DNA of 63,410 nt, counting the filler, from Octopus bimaculoides (lineage: Eukaryota), in the NCBI RefSeq assembly GCF_001194135.2. It is 7 parts of 6 records of this genome, joined end to end, with 100 filler letters (N's around TTAATTAATTAA, not from the genome) between each part and the next. Parts side by side here need not be neighbours in the genome. Positions count along the whole stretch, not along the records: positions 46,622 to 59,316 come from NC_068989.1; positions 59,417 to 62,163 come from NC_068984.1; positions 62,264 to 63,410 come from NW_026390845.1; 4 more parts are not named here. One strand, 5' to 3'. Every line of letters begins with the position of its first letter. The first letter of the stretch is position 1. A model generated the notes under the pieces. The model was not told where the DNA came from and ran no database searches. It saw only the letters and a program-made list of their open reading frames with translations. A program made the translations under genes and the position numbers. Shown in pieces: positions 51,411 to 63,410 of this stretch.

Positions 51411-51584
51411 GACAGTTGTTCGGTAGCCATGATAAAAGTCCGAGTTTCGGATGTCGGGGCAGAAACCAACGCTGCCATCTCTTCAGTTATCTGGCCATTT
51501 CATAGCATTTTTTCGATGACCAGATAACTGAAGAGATGGCAGCGTGGGCTTCCGGAGTTTTATCATGGCTACCGAATAACTGTC
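51411..51584. ncRNA. Inverted pair of hammerhead-containing units (Penelope pLTR-like)
   Basis: Arms 51411-51497 and 51517-51584 are reverse complements. Left arm (minus): GGCCA GATAA CTGAAGA GATG GCAG..CTGC..CATC C GAAAC TCGGAC TT TTATC A TGGCT. Right arm (plus): GATAA CTGAAGA GATGGCAGCG..TCCGGAG TT TTATC, lacking GAAAC. Confidence 0.65.
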
Positions 51585-51598
51585 ACACACACCCACGC

Positions 51599-51646
<48 letters not shown>

Positions 51647-51837
51647 ACACACACATATACATATATATATACAAATACACATAAAAAATCTTCTTAGGTA
51701 ATTACGAAATTACAATAATTTCAATGTCATCGTCAGCAAAAGCTAAACCGGTCGACAAATAAAATACTCTTTCACTTATGAAATATATTCAAAATATCTA
51801 TTAAAACTATGTAAACTATGTGTATTTTCCATTTTTA

Positions 51838-51920
<83 letters not shown>

Positions 51921-52183
51921 TTATATATAAATACATACACGTTTGTGTACGAGCCTGTGTACTCATTAACTCTTTCGTTCTTTAACTTTACATGTTGCTT
52001 ACGCATATGTGTGATTGTGCGTGTGTATGTGACAATATCAGAACGTTTATATTTAATATATATCAAATTAATTTTACAGGGGTGACAGACATATGAATAA
52101 GGAATTATCGCACTAATGATAGGATTCGAGAAGCAATATCCTGCTGTCTGATCCTGTCCAGCAAGGAAAAGGAAGCTGACATC

Positions 52184-52189
52184 AACAGC

Positions 52190-52220
<31 letters not shown>

Positions 52221-52256
52221 GAAGCAGCAGCAGCAACAACAACAACAACAACAATT
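52184..52256. repeat. (CAA)n/(CAG)n microsatellite
   Basis: Direct reading. Confidence 0.9.
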
Positions 52257-52448
52257 ACAGCAAGAACTGACTTAATTAAACTAATAATTTTAATAATGAG
52301 AGGCTATCTGTCTCACCATTAATTTCCTATTTACGTTTAGAAATCCATCGGCAGGTTTGTAGGTATACGTAGGTATACGTATATATAGACATACAAACAT
52401 ACATACATACATGCATATATATACACACTCACACACGGATATGTTAAT

Positions 52449-52820
52449 GTGTGGTAAGAAGGTTCCTTCCCAGCCATATGGTTCGGGGTTCAGTCCCACA
52501 GCGTGGCACCTTGGGCAAGTGTCTTTTACAATAGTCACGGACCAACCAAAGCATTTTCAGTAGATTTGGTAGATGGAAATTGAAAGAAGTATGTGTGTGT
52601 GTGCATGCGCGCCTCTTTATGTCTGTGTTTGTTCCGCACAACCGCTTGGCAACCGGTGTTATTCCGTTTATACTCCCCGTAACTTGGTGGTTCGGCAAAA
52701 GTGACAGATGGAATAACTACCAGTTTTACAAAAAATGAGTAGGGTCGATTCATTCAGCTAAAAATTCTTCAAGGCAGTGCATCAGAATCGCCTCAATGTA
52801 ATGAATGAAACAAGTAAAAG
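52449..52820 (+). mobile_element. SINE family A, diverged full-length
   Basis: TGTGGTAAGAAG...GGTTCAGTCCCACAGCGTGGCACCTTGGGCAAGTGTC...GGTTCGGCAAAAG...GAATGAAACAAGTAAAAGA. Confidence 0.8.
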
Positions 52821-53524
52821 ATAATATAATATGATAATATATATATATANNNNNNNNNNNNNNNNNNNNNNNNNNNNNNNNNNNNNNNNNNNNNNNNNNN
52901 NNNNNNNNNNNNNNNNNNNNNNNNNNNNNNNNNNNNNNNNNNNNNNNNNNNNNNNNNNNNNNNNNNNNNNNNNNNNNNNNNNNNNNNNNNNNNNNNNNNN
53001 NNNNNNNNNNNNNNNNNNNNNNNNNNNNNNNNNNNNNNNNNNNNNNNNNNNNNNNNNNNNNNNNNNNNNNNNNNNNNNNNNNNNNNNNNNNNNNNNNNNN
53101 NNNNNNNNNNNNNNNNNNNNNNNNNNNNNNNNNNNNNNNNNNNNNNNNNNNNNNNNNNNNNNNNNNNNNNNNNNNNNNNNNNNNNNNNNNNNNNNNNNNN
53201 NNNNNNNNNNNNNNNNNNNNNNNNNNNNNNNNNNNNNNNNNNNNNNNNNNNNNNNNNNNNNNNNNNNNNNNNNNNNNNNNNNNNNNNNNNNNNNNNNNNN
53301 NNNNNNNNNNNNNNNNNNNNNNNNNNNNNNNNNNNNNNNNNNNNNNNNNNNNNNNNNNNNNNNNNNNNNNNNNNNNNNNNNNNNNNNNNNNNNNNNNNNN
53401 NNNNNNNNNNNNNNNNNNNNNNNNNNNNNNNNNNNNNNNNNNNNNNNNNNNNNNNNNNNNNNNNNNNNNNNNNNNNNNNNNNNNNNNNNNNNNNNNNNNN
53501 NNNNNNNNNNNNNNNNNNNNNNNN

Positions 53525-53577
<53 letters not shown>

Positions 53578-54168
53578 TAAATATATATAGACAGGTAGAT
53601 ATGTACATACAATATATTAGATATGCATACATGTGTGTACACACACATACGCACGCTCGCACGCGAGCGCGCGCAGGCACACATATAAGCGCAGGCTGGT
53701 TGTGTGGTAATTCTAATGACAGAAACAACTAAAAGAGAAAAGATAAAGGATAAATATACATACAGGCATACATACACACCCGCACACACATATGCATACA
53801 TATATGTATATTTATACATATACACACACGTACACACGTTCGCCTGTGCACACACATACACATGTCCACGCACACACGCACTGTGTTAGTGCATTTTTGC
53901 AGAACAGTGTTCACAGACATAGGTTTTTTTCCGGTTAGGAACATGGCAATCACTGATTCACTGCATTGGTCAGCATATCAAGACGTGTTTGTGTAGAATG
54001 CCTTTGAAAGCCTCCATCATGTCAGCTTAGATCAATGGTTCTCAACTTGGCTTCCATACAGACCCTGTCGTCCATGTAATATTTTGGGGGTCCACAGAAG
54101 CAAAACAGTAAATTGAGGAACCACAGTAGTATTTTAAGGGTCCATGAGGAAATTTTGATTTAGATATA

Positions 54169-54330
54169 GGAGTGGCTGTGTGGTAAGTAGCTTGCTAACG
54201 AACCACATAGTTCCGGGTTCAGTCCCACTGCGTGTCACCTTGGGCAAGTGTCTTCTACTATAGCCTCGGGCCGACCAGAGGCTTGTGAGTGGATTTGGTA
54301 GACGGAAACTGAAAGAAGCTCATCGTGTAT
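54169..54330 (+). mobile_element. SINE family A, 5' half (runs into a gap)
   Basis: AGGAGTGGCTGTGTGGTAAGTAGCTTGC...GTTCCGGGTTCAGTCCCACTGCG...GACGGAAACTGAAAGAAGC. Confidence 0.9.
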
Positions 54331-54829
54331 ATATATATATATATATATATATNNNNNNNNNNNNNNNNNNNNNNNNNNNNNNNNNNNNNNNNNNNNNNNN
54401 NNNNNNNNNNNNNNNNNNNNNNNNNNNNNNNNNNNNNNNNNNNNNNNNNNNNNNNNNNNNNNNNNNNNNNNNNNNNNNNNNNNNNNNNNNNNNNNNNNNN
54501 NNNNNNNNNNNNNNNNNNNNNNNNNNNNNNNNNNNNNNNNNNNNNNNNNNNNNNNNNNNNNNNNNNNNNNNNNNNNNNNNNNNNNNNNNNNNNNNNNNNN
54601 NNNNNNNNNNNNNNNNNNNNNNNNNNNNNNNNNNNNNNNNNNNNNNNNNNNNNNNNNNNNNNNNNNNNNNNNNNNNNNNNNNNNNNNNNNNNNNNNNNNN
54701 NNNNNNNNNNNNNNNNNNNNNNNNNNNNNNNNNAAATTTTTAACAGTTTAATACATTAGTGATCACTGAGACATGTTCCCTCAGAGGGTGCTACTGCAAA
54801 CCTATATAAGTCTTTCTACATCTGAGGCC

Positions 54830-55255
54830 CAGGCGTGGCTGTGGGGTAAGATACTTGCTTCCCAACCACATGGATCTATGTTCAGTCCTACTGCCTGGCT
54901 CCTTGGGCAAGTGTCTTTTACTATATCCTCGGGCCGACCAAAACCTTGTGTGTGAATTTGGTAGACGGAAACTGATTAAATCTCCTCGTATGTGTGTGTG
55001 TGTGTGTGTGTGTGTGTATTTGTGTCTGTGTTTGTTCCCGCTTCACCATTGTTTAGAAACAGATGTTGGTGTGTTTATGTCCTCATAACTTAGCGGTCTG
55101 GCAAAAGAAACCGATACAATTTGTACTAGGCTTACAAAGAATAAACCCTGGGGTCGATTTCTTCGACAAAAAAACCGTTTAGCCAGTACTCCAGCATGGC
55201 CGTGGGCTAATGACTGAAACAAGAGACTGAATAAAAGAATGGCTGAATAAAAGAT
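54830..55255 (+). mobile_element. SINE family A, full-length
   Basis: Both halves around an internal (TG)n. Confidence 0.88.
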
Positions 55256-56370
55256 TAAAATTGTAGGCATGACAAACGAAACAGGAATTTTGAAAGAAGT
55301 AGCTATGAAACTAGCTTTTAAACACTGAATGGCTATGAGGGTCCGTGAGAATAACATGGCTATGAGCGTTCTTCAGAATCAAATGGTAACCAAAAGGGTT
55401 CATAAGTAAAAAAAAAATGGTTGAAAATCACGGGCCTAGATGAACCTTTTGTCATTCTCTCGTTGTTTGTTCTTAATTCTGAAAGTTAAGTACAAAATCA
55501 TCTTTTCTTTTCATGATTCTTTACGTCAGATAACGAGAGCCTGCATAGAAGTATATACCTAGCCATGCTGATAAAATGGCGTCGACCATAGTGCAGATGT
55601 AGCATTGCTTTAAATAGAGACGGTTGTGGCAGATGTACATGTGTCTTTCGTTCTTTTGTTCATTTATTCTAGTTTCAGCACGAGAGCTTCTACCATGCTG
55701 AGGTACCACCGTTAGTTTTGCTACATATTTATTACAAGAGAATCTCCTCTGATATGTGGCATTTGGTGAATGAGGAAGTTTGGTGTTGCTGCGGTGATTT
55801 GCGTTTCATCCCGCGAAGTAAGTCTATCCAGATCTATTGAAAGGACGAGATTCAATTTTGTTTCTGAAGACACCTACATCCATACCATTTAGGTTTGACA
55901 AATGTTAATAAAGATGGCTGTCTCCTAGAGCAAGGAATACACAGTGAGTTCTAATGTTACTCTATCAACTACAATGAATCTGATAGTGTGTATTTTGTTT
56001 TACAGTGGGGGAATGATTTGGCTACGTAAGCTTTGCGAGGTATTCGTTTAGCCTACATAGACGAACTCCTGGATGTGAGTTGTGTAAGTATGAATTTGCG
56101 AGTATATATAAGTTGAAGCTCTATTCTGCTACCCGGTGTAGCAGCACCGCATGGTCCCTGAGTTGTCTTTAGGGCTGTCTACATTCAGTAAAAAAAACAA
56201 CAACTCTGATTTAAGGTACTTCTCTCCCTTCCAACAGTCTCAGGGGCCCTGTAAACGGTCACAGCCGTTGATTTCTCTCCCTCTTGACTAAAAGTATCAC
56301 AAACACTCATAGGAACACACGCACGCACGCGCGCGCAATACACACACAGGCGTGAGTGTATGTATGTATA

Positions 56371-56407
<37 letters not shown>

Positions 56408-57180
56408 NNNNNNNNNNNNNNNNNNNNNNNNNNNNNNNNNNNNNNNNNNNNNNNNNNNNNNNNNNNNNNNNNNNNNNNNNNNNNNNNNNNNNNNNNNNNN
56501 NNNNNNNNNNNNNNNNNNNNNNNNNNNNNNNNNNNNNNNNNNNNNNNNNNNNNNNNNNNNNNNNNNNNNNNNNNNNNNNNNNNNNNNNNNNNNNNNNNNN
56601 NNNNNNNNNNNNNNNNNNNNNNNNNNNNNNNNNNNNNNNNNNNNNNNNNNNNNNNNNNNNNNNNNNNNNNNNNNNNNNNNNNNNNNNNNNNNNNNNNNNN
56701 NNNNNNNNNNNNNNNNNNNNNNNNNNNNNNNNNNNNNNNNNNNNNNNNNNNNNNNNNNNNNNNNNNNNNNNNNNNNNNNNNNNNNNNNNNNNNNNNNNNN
56801 NNNNNNNNNNNNNNNNNNNNNNNNNNNNNNNNNNNNNNNNNNNNNNNNNNNNNNNNNNNNNNNNNNNNNNNNNNNNNNNNNNNNNNNNNNNNNNNNNNNN
56901 NNNNNNNNNNNNNNNNNNNNNNNNNNNNNNNNNNNNNNNNNNNNNNNNNNNNNNNNNNNNNNNNNNNNNNNNNNNNNNNNNNNNNNNNNNNNNNNNNNNN
57001 NNNNNNNNNNNNNNNNNNNNNNNNNNNNNNNNNNNNNNNNNNNNNNCACGTATGCATGTATATATATTATTCGATGAAGGAAAGCGTTGGGGAGACACGA
57101 ATATAACTGAAATAAATTATTGAGATTTGATAAGTCTCAGTGGCAATAAAAACACTTTTGTATAAATGGATTCCTTACTC

Positions 57181-57218
<38 letters not shown>

Positions 57219-58387
57219 GCGCACACACACACACACATACACACACACGCACATATACCTCTCCCAAACGCACTCAAATATGATTGCTGTCAAATCATAC
57301 CCTCGTATATCTACTTACGAGAGTTTCGAGGTTCATTTCATCTGACCTCAAATGTGACCTCTAAGATGACGTTATATCTAAGAGAACGATCACTCGACTT
57401 TTCTATTTCTGAACACAATAACTCATTAATCGATACTATATACATATATGTGTGTGTGTGTATGTATGTGTATATATATATATATGTATATATATGTATA
57501 TATATATATATATAAATATATANNNNNNNNNNNNNNNNNNNNNNNNNNNNNNNNNNNNNNNNNNNNNNNNNNNNNNNNNNNNNNNNNNNNNNNNNNNNNN
57601 NNNNNNNNNNNNNNNNNNNNNNNNNNNNNNNNNNNNNNNNNNNNNNNNNNNNNNNNNNNNNNNNNNNNNNNNNNNNNNNNNNNNNNNNNNNNNNNNNNNN
57701 NNNNNNNNNNNNNNNNNNNNNNNNNNNNNNNNNNNNNNNNNNNNNNNNNNNNNNNNNNNNNNNNNNNNNNNNNNNNNNNNNNNNNNNNNNNNNNNNNNNN
57801 NNNNNNNNNNNNNNNNNNNNNNNNNNNNNNNNNNNNNNNNNNNNNNNNNNNNNNNNNNNNNNNNNNNNNNNNNNNNNNNNNNNNNNNNNNNNNNNNNNNN
57901 NNNNNNNNNNNNNNNNNNNNNNNNNNNNNNNNNNNNNNNNNNNNNNNNNNNNNNNNNNNNNNNNNNNNNNNNNNNNNNNNNNNNNNNNNNNNNNNNNNNN
58001 NNNNNNNNNNNNNNNNNNNNNNNNNNNNNNNNNNNNNNNNNNNNNNNNNNNNNNNNNNNNNNNNNNNNNNNNNNNNNNNNNNNNNNNNNNNNNNNNNNNN
58101 NNNNNNNNNNNNNNNNNNNNNNNNNNNNNNNNNNNNNNNNNNNNNNNNNNNNNNNNNNNNNNNNNNNNNNNNNNNNNNNNNNNNNNNNNNNNNNNNNNNN
58201 NNNNNNNNNNNNNNNNNNNNNNNNNNNNNNNNNNNNNNNNNNNNNNNNNNNNNNNNNNNNNNNNNNNNNNNNNNNNNNNNNNNNNNNNNNNNNNNNNNNN
58301 NNNNNNNNNNNNNNNNNNNNNNNNNNNNNNNNNNNNNNNNNNNNNNNNNNNNNNNNNNNNNNNNNNNNNNNNNNNNNNNNNNNNNNN

Positions 58388-58497
58388 GTAAGGCAACGTC
58401 GAGCTCGGTGGAATTTGAACACAGAAAGTGAAAACAGACAAAATATCGCCAAACATTTCACCCGCCGTGCTAACGATCCTGCCAGCTCGCCGCCTTC
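58388..58497 (-). mobile_element. SINE family B, 5' part
   Basis: GTGCTAACGATCCTGCCAGCTCGCCGCCTT is the reverse complement of the family-B head. Confidence 0.8.
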
Positions 58498-58510
58498 AAT
58501 ACTCATAAAA

Positions 58511-58630
<120 letters not shown>

Positions 58631-58792
58631 AGAAAAAAATTCTTTTATTCTTTTATTTGTACTGGTGCACCGCCTTGAAGGATTTTAGTCGAACAAATCG
58701 AACCCAGGACTTACTTTTTAAGCCTGTCAGTCCAAAAATGGTTCATTCGTGTGATGTGACAGCAAAGAAGAGCACACATTCACTGCGCGTGA

Positions 58793-59316
58793 TTAGAGTG
58801 GGGAATATTTGTGAGGAACCCATGGACCCAATTTGCTGACTTTTCCGTTGGCACGCAGATGTCGATGAATGGTTGACTGAACAAATTCAAGCTTCTCTGC
58901 TAAATCCTCAACAGTTACGATGGGATTTTCTTCCACCAAGATTTGCAGGTCGTCATCGTCGTGCTCTACAGAACTTCCAGGACGAAGCTTGTCTTCTAGG
59001 CTGTAGTTCCTGGTTCGGAATTTCAGGAACCACTGTTGACATTGGGTTAGGCTTATTGTCCGATCCTCATATACGGCATTGATATTCCTCGCACTTTCCG
59101 TTGCGTTGTTGGGTGTATTCAGCCCAAAAAGCAAAATACACAGAAAATGCTCCTTTGTCACTTCCATTATAGCTTTGAAAAAATAACTGCACTCTTCAAA
59201 ACTTGCACTAAGAATAAGTACAAGGTAAAATTACTACCTGCCTTTATAACAAGTTGATGCAAATAGTTTATCACGTCACTCTCCGATTTTTATTTCATGT
59301 AATTGAAAAAAACTGC
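58793..59316 (-). pseudogene. 5' half of a mariner element (HTH region to the WVPH motif)
   Basis: MEVTKEHFLCILLF...NINAVYEDRTISLTQCQQWFLKFRTRNYSLEDKLRPGSSVE...LAEKLEFVQSTIHRHLRANGKVSKLGPWVPH; truncated there. The 5' TIR probably falls in the adjacent gap. Confidence 0.88.
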
Positions 59317-59416
59317 NNNNNNNNNNNNNNNNNNNNNNNNNNNNNNNNNNNNNNNNNNNNTTAATTAATTAANNNNNNNNNNNNNNNNNNNNNNNNNNNN
59401 NNNNNNNNNNNNNNNN

Positions 59417-60093
59417 CTTAGGGTCCATGTAGTGTCTTAGGCCAAAACAATTTTTAACTTCTTGCATAGTTCGAGCCCACACCAATATCATATCTCCTCC
59501 ACTATTTCAGTATTACGTGTCAAAAGTGAAACAATAACATCTCTCTACTGTAATGTCAGATACTTTCACTTTCACACTGAAACTATTCCACTATTTCAGT
59601 ATTACATTTCAAAAGTGAAACAATGACATGTCGCTACTGTAATTTCATATACCTTCACTTTAATACTTTCAATTTCATACTGAAACTATTAATGTGAAAC
59701 TATACTCTCACATATATACAGGTATACTATAAGACCAAAGTTAAAACATTCCTCACAATTCAACTTCTCTGGTTGACATTAACACCCCCACCCCCAATAG
59801 GGGCCTTCATTCCCACATTTTAGAGCTCAATGAGCTCCATTTTTCAGGAGCAAAATCCTTTTTACAGGTTCCAGAAGACTGAAATTTTGGAATATGTGCA
59901 TAAAGATTAATAGTATGGGATACGTGTCTCATGATTAGAATTTTTTTAGGGTGTGTAAAGATGGAAAGAACCATCATGTGCAATTTTGATGAAATTCGAA
60001 TCATATCTATTCCAGTTCCTTACAGGAAATATAAGAGAAAAGTCTCATCCTTCAATTGCATGTAGCACGGGCAACGCCGGGTATCTCTGCTAG
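59417..60093 (+). mobile_element. Non-autonomous Helitron, 3' portion
   Basis: Ends CACGGGCAACGCCGGGTATCTCTG-CTAG-T (GC-rich subterminal motif + CTAG at 60090-60093); contains a ~75-bp diverged direct repeat (~59498 and ~59588). Confidence 0.7.
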
Positions 60094-60096
60094 TTA

Positions 60097-60312
60097 TCTA
60101 TATATATATAAATGAGAATGTGTGTCCGTCTGTCTGTCTGTCTGTCTGTGTGTGTGTGTGTGTGTGCGTTTATCCCTAAAACTCGAGAACTACGCAACCA
60201 ATTTCATTCAAATTTTACACATGCCTTACTTAGGGTTCCAGTTGTGTTTTAGTCAAAAAAAATTTAAAACTTCTTGCGGAGTTCGAGCCCACAGCAACAT
60301 AATATCTCCTGC
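60097..60312 (+). mobile_element. Second Helitron copy head-to-tail with the first (5' portion)
   Basis: Starts A|TCTATATATATATAAATGAGAATG, then (GTCT)n(GT)n; 60228-60310 repeats 59417-59500 (CTTAGGGT..CA...AACTTCTTGC..AGTTCGAGCCCAC..CAA.AT.ATATCTCC). Confidence 0.65.
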
Positions 60313-61760
60313 GCCCATAGCTGTGTGAATATATTTATGTGTGTTTGTATGAATGCGTGTCTGATCTTAAAATTTATATCGGTTCTTTTTCCCAGAATAA
60401 CAAAGGGCTTATTAACAAACAGGTTGAATTTGAGTCCAGATATTACACGGAATGTGTGTATATGTATGATTGCATATGTGTGCATATGTGTGTATGTATG
60501 AAAACAATCAGTGCTGTATGTACCATTTAAATTGTTGTTTAAAAGCTATTCCTTAACATAACATTAAAAAGGTGTTAATAGTTGATCTAAAGTGTTGCAA
60601 TACGACTTCACTTTTATTACAATAGAATAATGTTCTTTTATTCCACGATAAGAATTGTAACAAAAAGTCATTTGAAATTAATATTGTAACCAGTGCGATA
60701 TTGTAACAACACGTGCGATATTCTAACAACACGTGAAATAAATACATGAAGTGTTAATATTTTGAGAAATACCACGTAGTGCAGTGCCAACGCACGAAAC
60801 TCTCGGACCTTGAGTCATTCTGTTACTTCTACTAAATATTAATAAGAATATACATAAAGATATATTCGTAAAGTGTTTTACACTGTTTATAATAACTAGC
60901 GAGACCCTGAATATTTCACGGAATTAATGGTAAACCTATTAGGTTATTTCTGAAACACTTTATCAAAAAAAACTGAAAGCGTAGCCTGTGTTGTGTCTGT
61001 AAGGAAAGATAGTCGCTCATCTGCTACACATTGAAAAGTGAAAGATGTTGGAATACGATGACTACTTAATGCACTTTATTTATACATTTTATATACTTTA
61101 GGTACAATTTTATAGACTTAATACACATCACTCATAAAATAAATATTCACTCTTATTTTTCCATTTTCCCCATAAACAGAAAATATCCCGTACATATGAT
61201 ACAACCTTTAGTTAAATTGTATATATCTACCACCTAAATAAGGGTGAATATTTCACAGAATTGCACTTGTGCATATGCATTAAGTGATAGGTGACATAAA
61301 AAACTTAGTTTAATTTTTTTAAAATACACCGCCGCCGAGAGTTTCTAACGACTTTGTCAGAGATGGAGGGGCATTCTGAGGGTTACTTCCTCCATCCCAC
61401 CAGGGCCTCTAAAACTCGTGGGAAGGAGACCAGGGCCAAATGCTTGTAATGGTGTGGATTCTACTAAATTTATCGAAGGGTAACATTTGCAGAGTTAAAT
61501 TTGGCGTCGAATCAAGTCTAGCACGGAGTGTTAATGGTTTAGACCACCTAGCTCTAAGCAGATATCACAAAGTTGGAACAACTTACTGTTGCAAAGAGTA
61601 GGAGCACTCTGTAATAACGACATGTTTAGTTAGCTTGTAGTAATGAGTACACTTCATGTAAGTATAGTTTTAAAAAGTATGATCTCTCCGAATGCTCTTC
61701 ATATGGATAATCGTTTGAGTGGTGATACTTTTATGTTACAATTAGACAGTAGTGTGACAA

Positions 61761-61829
<69 letters not shown>

Positions 61830-62005
61830 GACGGACGTGCTGTCACATCGGCTGCAGAGGTAAACCTCTTTTTGACCTTTTATTGCCCACATTTTGTTGG
61901 ATTTTTAAAAATATTCTTGTTGTGAAGCACCTAGGCTTCATTTCTGTGTATTTTCAAAGGCAGGAATTGACCCCCCAGGGGCAGTTTCGGCCCTCACAAA
62001 ATACA

Positions 62006-62050
62006 AAAATTTCCTTCTCGACATTTGAAAAATGTCGAGAAGGAAATTTT
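62006..62050. repeat. Perfect 21-bp inverted repeat with 3-nt loop
   Basis: AAAATTTCCTTCTCGACATTT-GAA-AAATGTCGAGAAGGAAATTTT. Confidence 0.9.
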
Positions 62051-62534
62051 GGAACGCTTGTCTTGTTCTTTTGATGAGCATTTCCCGAGGCTTCAGACGC
62101 CAGAAGAGAAAAAAGAACAGAGTAGCGCGTGCTCACACAGTGACAGGAACACAGTTGCTGTAANNNNNNNNNNNNNNNNNNNNNNNNNNNNNNNNNNNNN
62201 NNNNNNNTTAATTAATTAANNNNNNNNNNNNNNNNNNNNNNNNNNNNNNNNNNNNNNNNNNNNGATATCAAAAACTGTCAAAGTGTAGTACAACAGTTTT
62301 GCTATGGAATGGTCAAACTATTTTTTTTTGTTTTCTGAAAAAAATTAACGTTTTGGACTTACGACACTTTTGCATAATAACAACAATATATATACACACA
62401 CATACATCTTAACATCCATCTTCCATGGTCGCAGGGATTGGAAACTTTAAGATCCAATGATTCTGAGGACGGCATTGTGGTCTTATGTCTCTCTTTCTGT
62501 ATGTGTGTGTGTGTGTATACACACACACATATAT

Positions 62535-62915
62535 GTGTACGTGTGGTAAGTAGCTTGCTTACCAACCACATGGTTCTGGGTTCATTCCCACTGCATGGCA
62601 CCTTGGGCAAGTGTCTTCTACTTCGACCAGAGCCTTGTGAGTAGATTTGGTAGACGAAAAACTGAAAAAATGCAGTCGTATATATGTATATATATATGTG
62701 TGTGTATATATGTTTGTGTGTCTGTGTTTGTCCCCCAACATCGCTTGACAACCGATGCTGGTGTGTTTACGTCCCCATAACTTAGTGGTTTGGAAAAAGA
62801 GACCGATAGAACAAGTACTAGGCCTCCAAAGAATGAGTCCTGGGGTCGATTTGCTTGACTAAAGGCGGTGCTCCAGCATGGCCACAGTCAAATGACTGAA
62901 ACAAGTAAAAGAGAG
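62535..62915 (+). mobile_element. SINE family A, full-length
   Basis: GTGTGGTAAGTAGCTTGCTTACCAACCACATGG...CTCCAGCATGGCCACAGTCAAATGACTGAAACAAGTAAAAGAG. Confidence 0.9.
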
Positions 62916-63410
62916 TATATACACATATATGACCAAATCATAGTTACAACAGTTACACAATAGACATCCTTCACTACATACGAGTGTATATATGTACACA
63001 CACACACACATACACACACATATAAACATGTCTATATACACACTCACAAACCCTGGTACCGACTACAGTTCCTCGGCTGCTCTCAGAATACGATGCGTAC
63101 CGAAAAAAACGAAAGTCACCGGTGTGGCATTACATGGAGGAGAGGAGAAGAAGAAACTATGTCACAGTAGATCTTTCTCTCTCATTATCTGCTGGCCTGT
63201 CTCTCTCTCATCCTCTCCCTATATCTACCTAGCTGAAGGCCAACCGAATGCATCTGTTTATCTTGTGGTCTACCAACCTAGTTCACACCTCGCACTTGCA
63301 ACATTTTCTTCATTTTTCTCTACCACACTATACTATACTTTACTCTCTCTCAATATGTATGTGCGTTTGTATATGTGGATGTTTGTATTTTGTATATGTA
63401 TATTTGTATG

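Larger units (their letters stand above)
54033..55433. mobile_element. hAT (Charlie-like) MITE interrupted by two family-A SINEs
   Basis: TIRs CAATGGTTCTCAAC (54033-54046) and GTTGAAAATCACGG (55420-55433), consensus CAGTGGTTCTCAAC; 8-bp TSD GCTTAGAT / GCCTAGAT (7/8). An N gap lies inside. Confidence 0.65.

Noticed and set aside
55980-56090. Possible small plus-strand exon (TTTTACAG...GTAAG)
   Set aside because: No open frame beyond ~11 codons and no supporting neighbours.
60895-60930. Minus-strand Helitron-like 3' end (ACTAG + imperfect hairpin)
   Set aside because: Weak hairpin and no identifiable 5' end.

Overview
AT-rich, microsatellite-saturated eukaryotic DNA with many assembly gaps. 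The SINE families look like those of Octopus, probably O. bimaculoides; this comes from recalled repeat sequences, not a database search. I found no supportable host protein-coding gene, rRNA, tRNA gene or CRISPR array: almost every ORF in the track is a microsatellite or N-run artefact. Six identical 100-bp spacers (44 N + TTAATTAATTAA + 44 N) split the window into seven joined segments, so long-range adjacency is uncertain. Recognisable content is mobile DNA: about four SINE families; three mariner remnants, one near full-length with TIRs and TA TSD; a DD41D/rosa-like transposase remnant; a Penelope GIY-YIG remnant; R4/Dong-like RLE retrotransposon 3' ends in (AAT)n and (TACA)n arrays; non-autonomous Helitrons; a hAT MITE with nested SINEs; and several foldback hairpins. 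The most interesting unexplained signal is a set of at least five sequence-unrelated minimal type I hammerhead ribozyme (HHR) motifs. One is near intact (46869-46915, minus), two form an inverted pair (51411-51584, counted as one locus), one is the tail of a tRNA-headed SINE-like unit (34553-34596), and two are eroded at CpG sites inside a CpG-depleted segment (18219-18254, 20070-20110).
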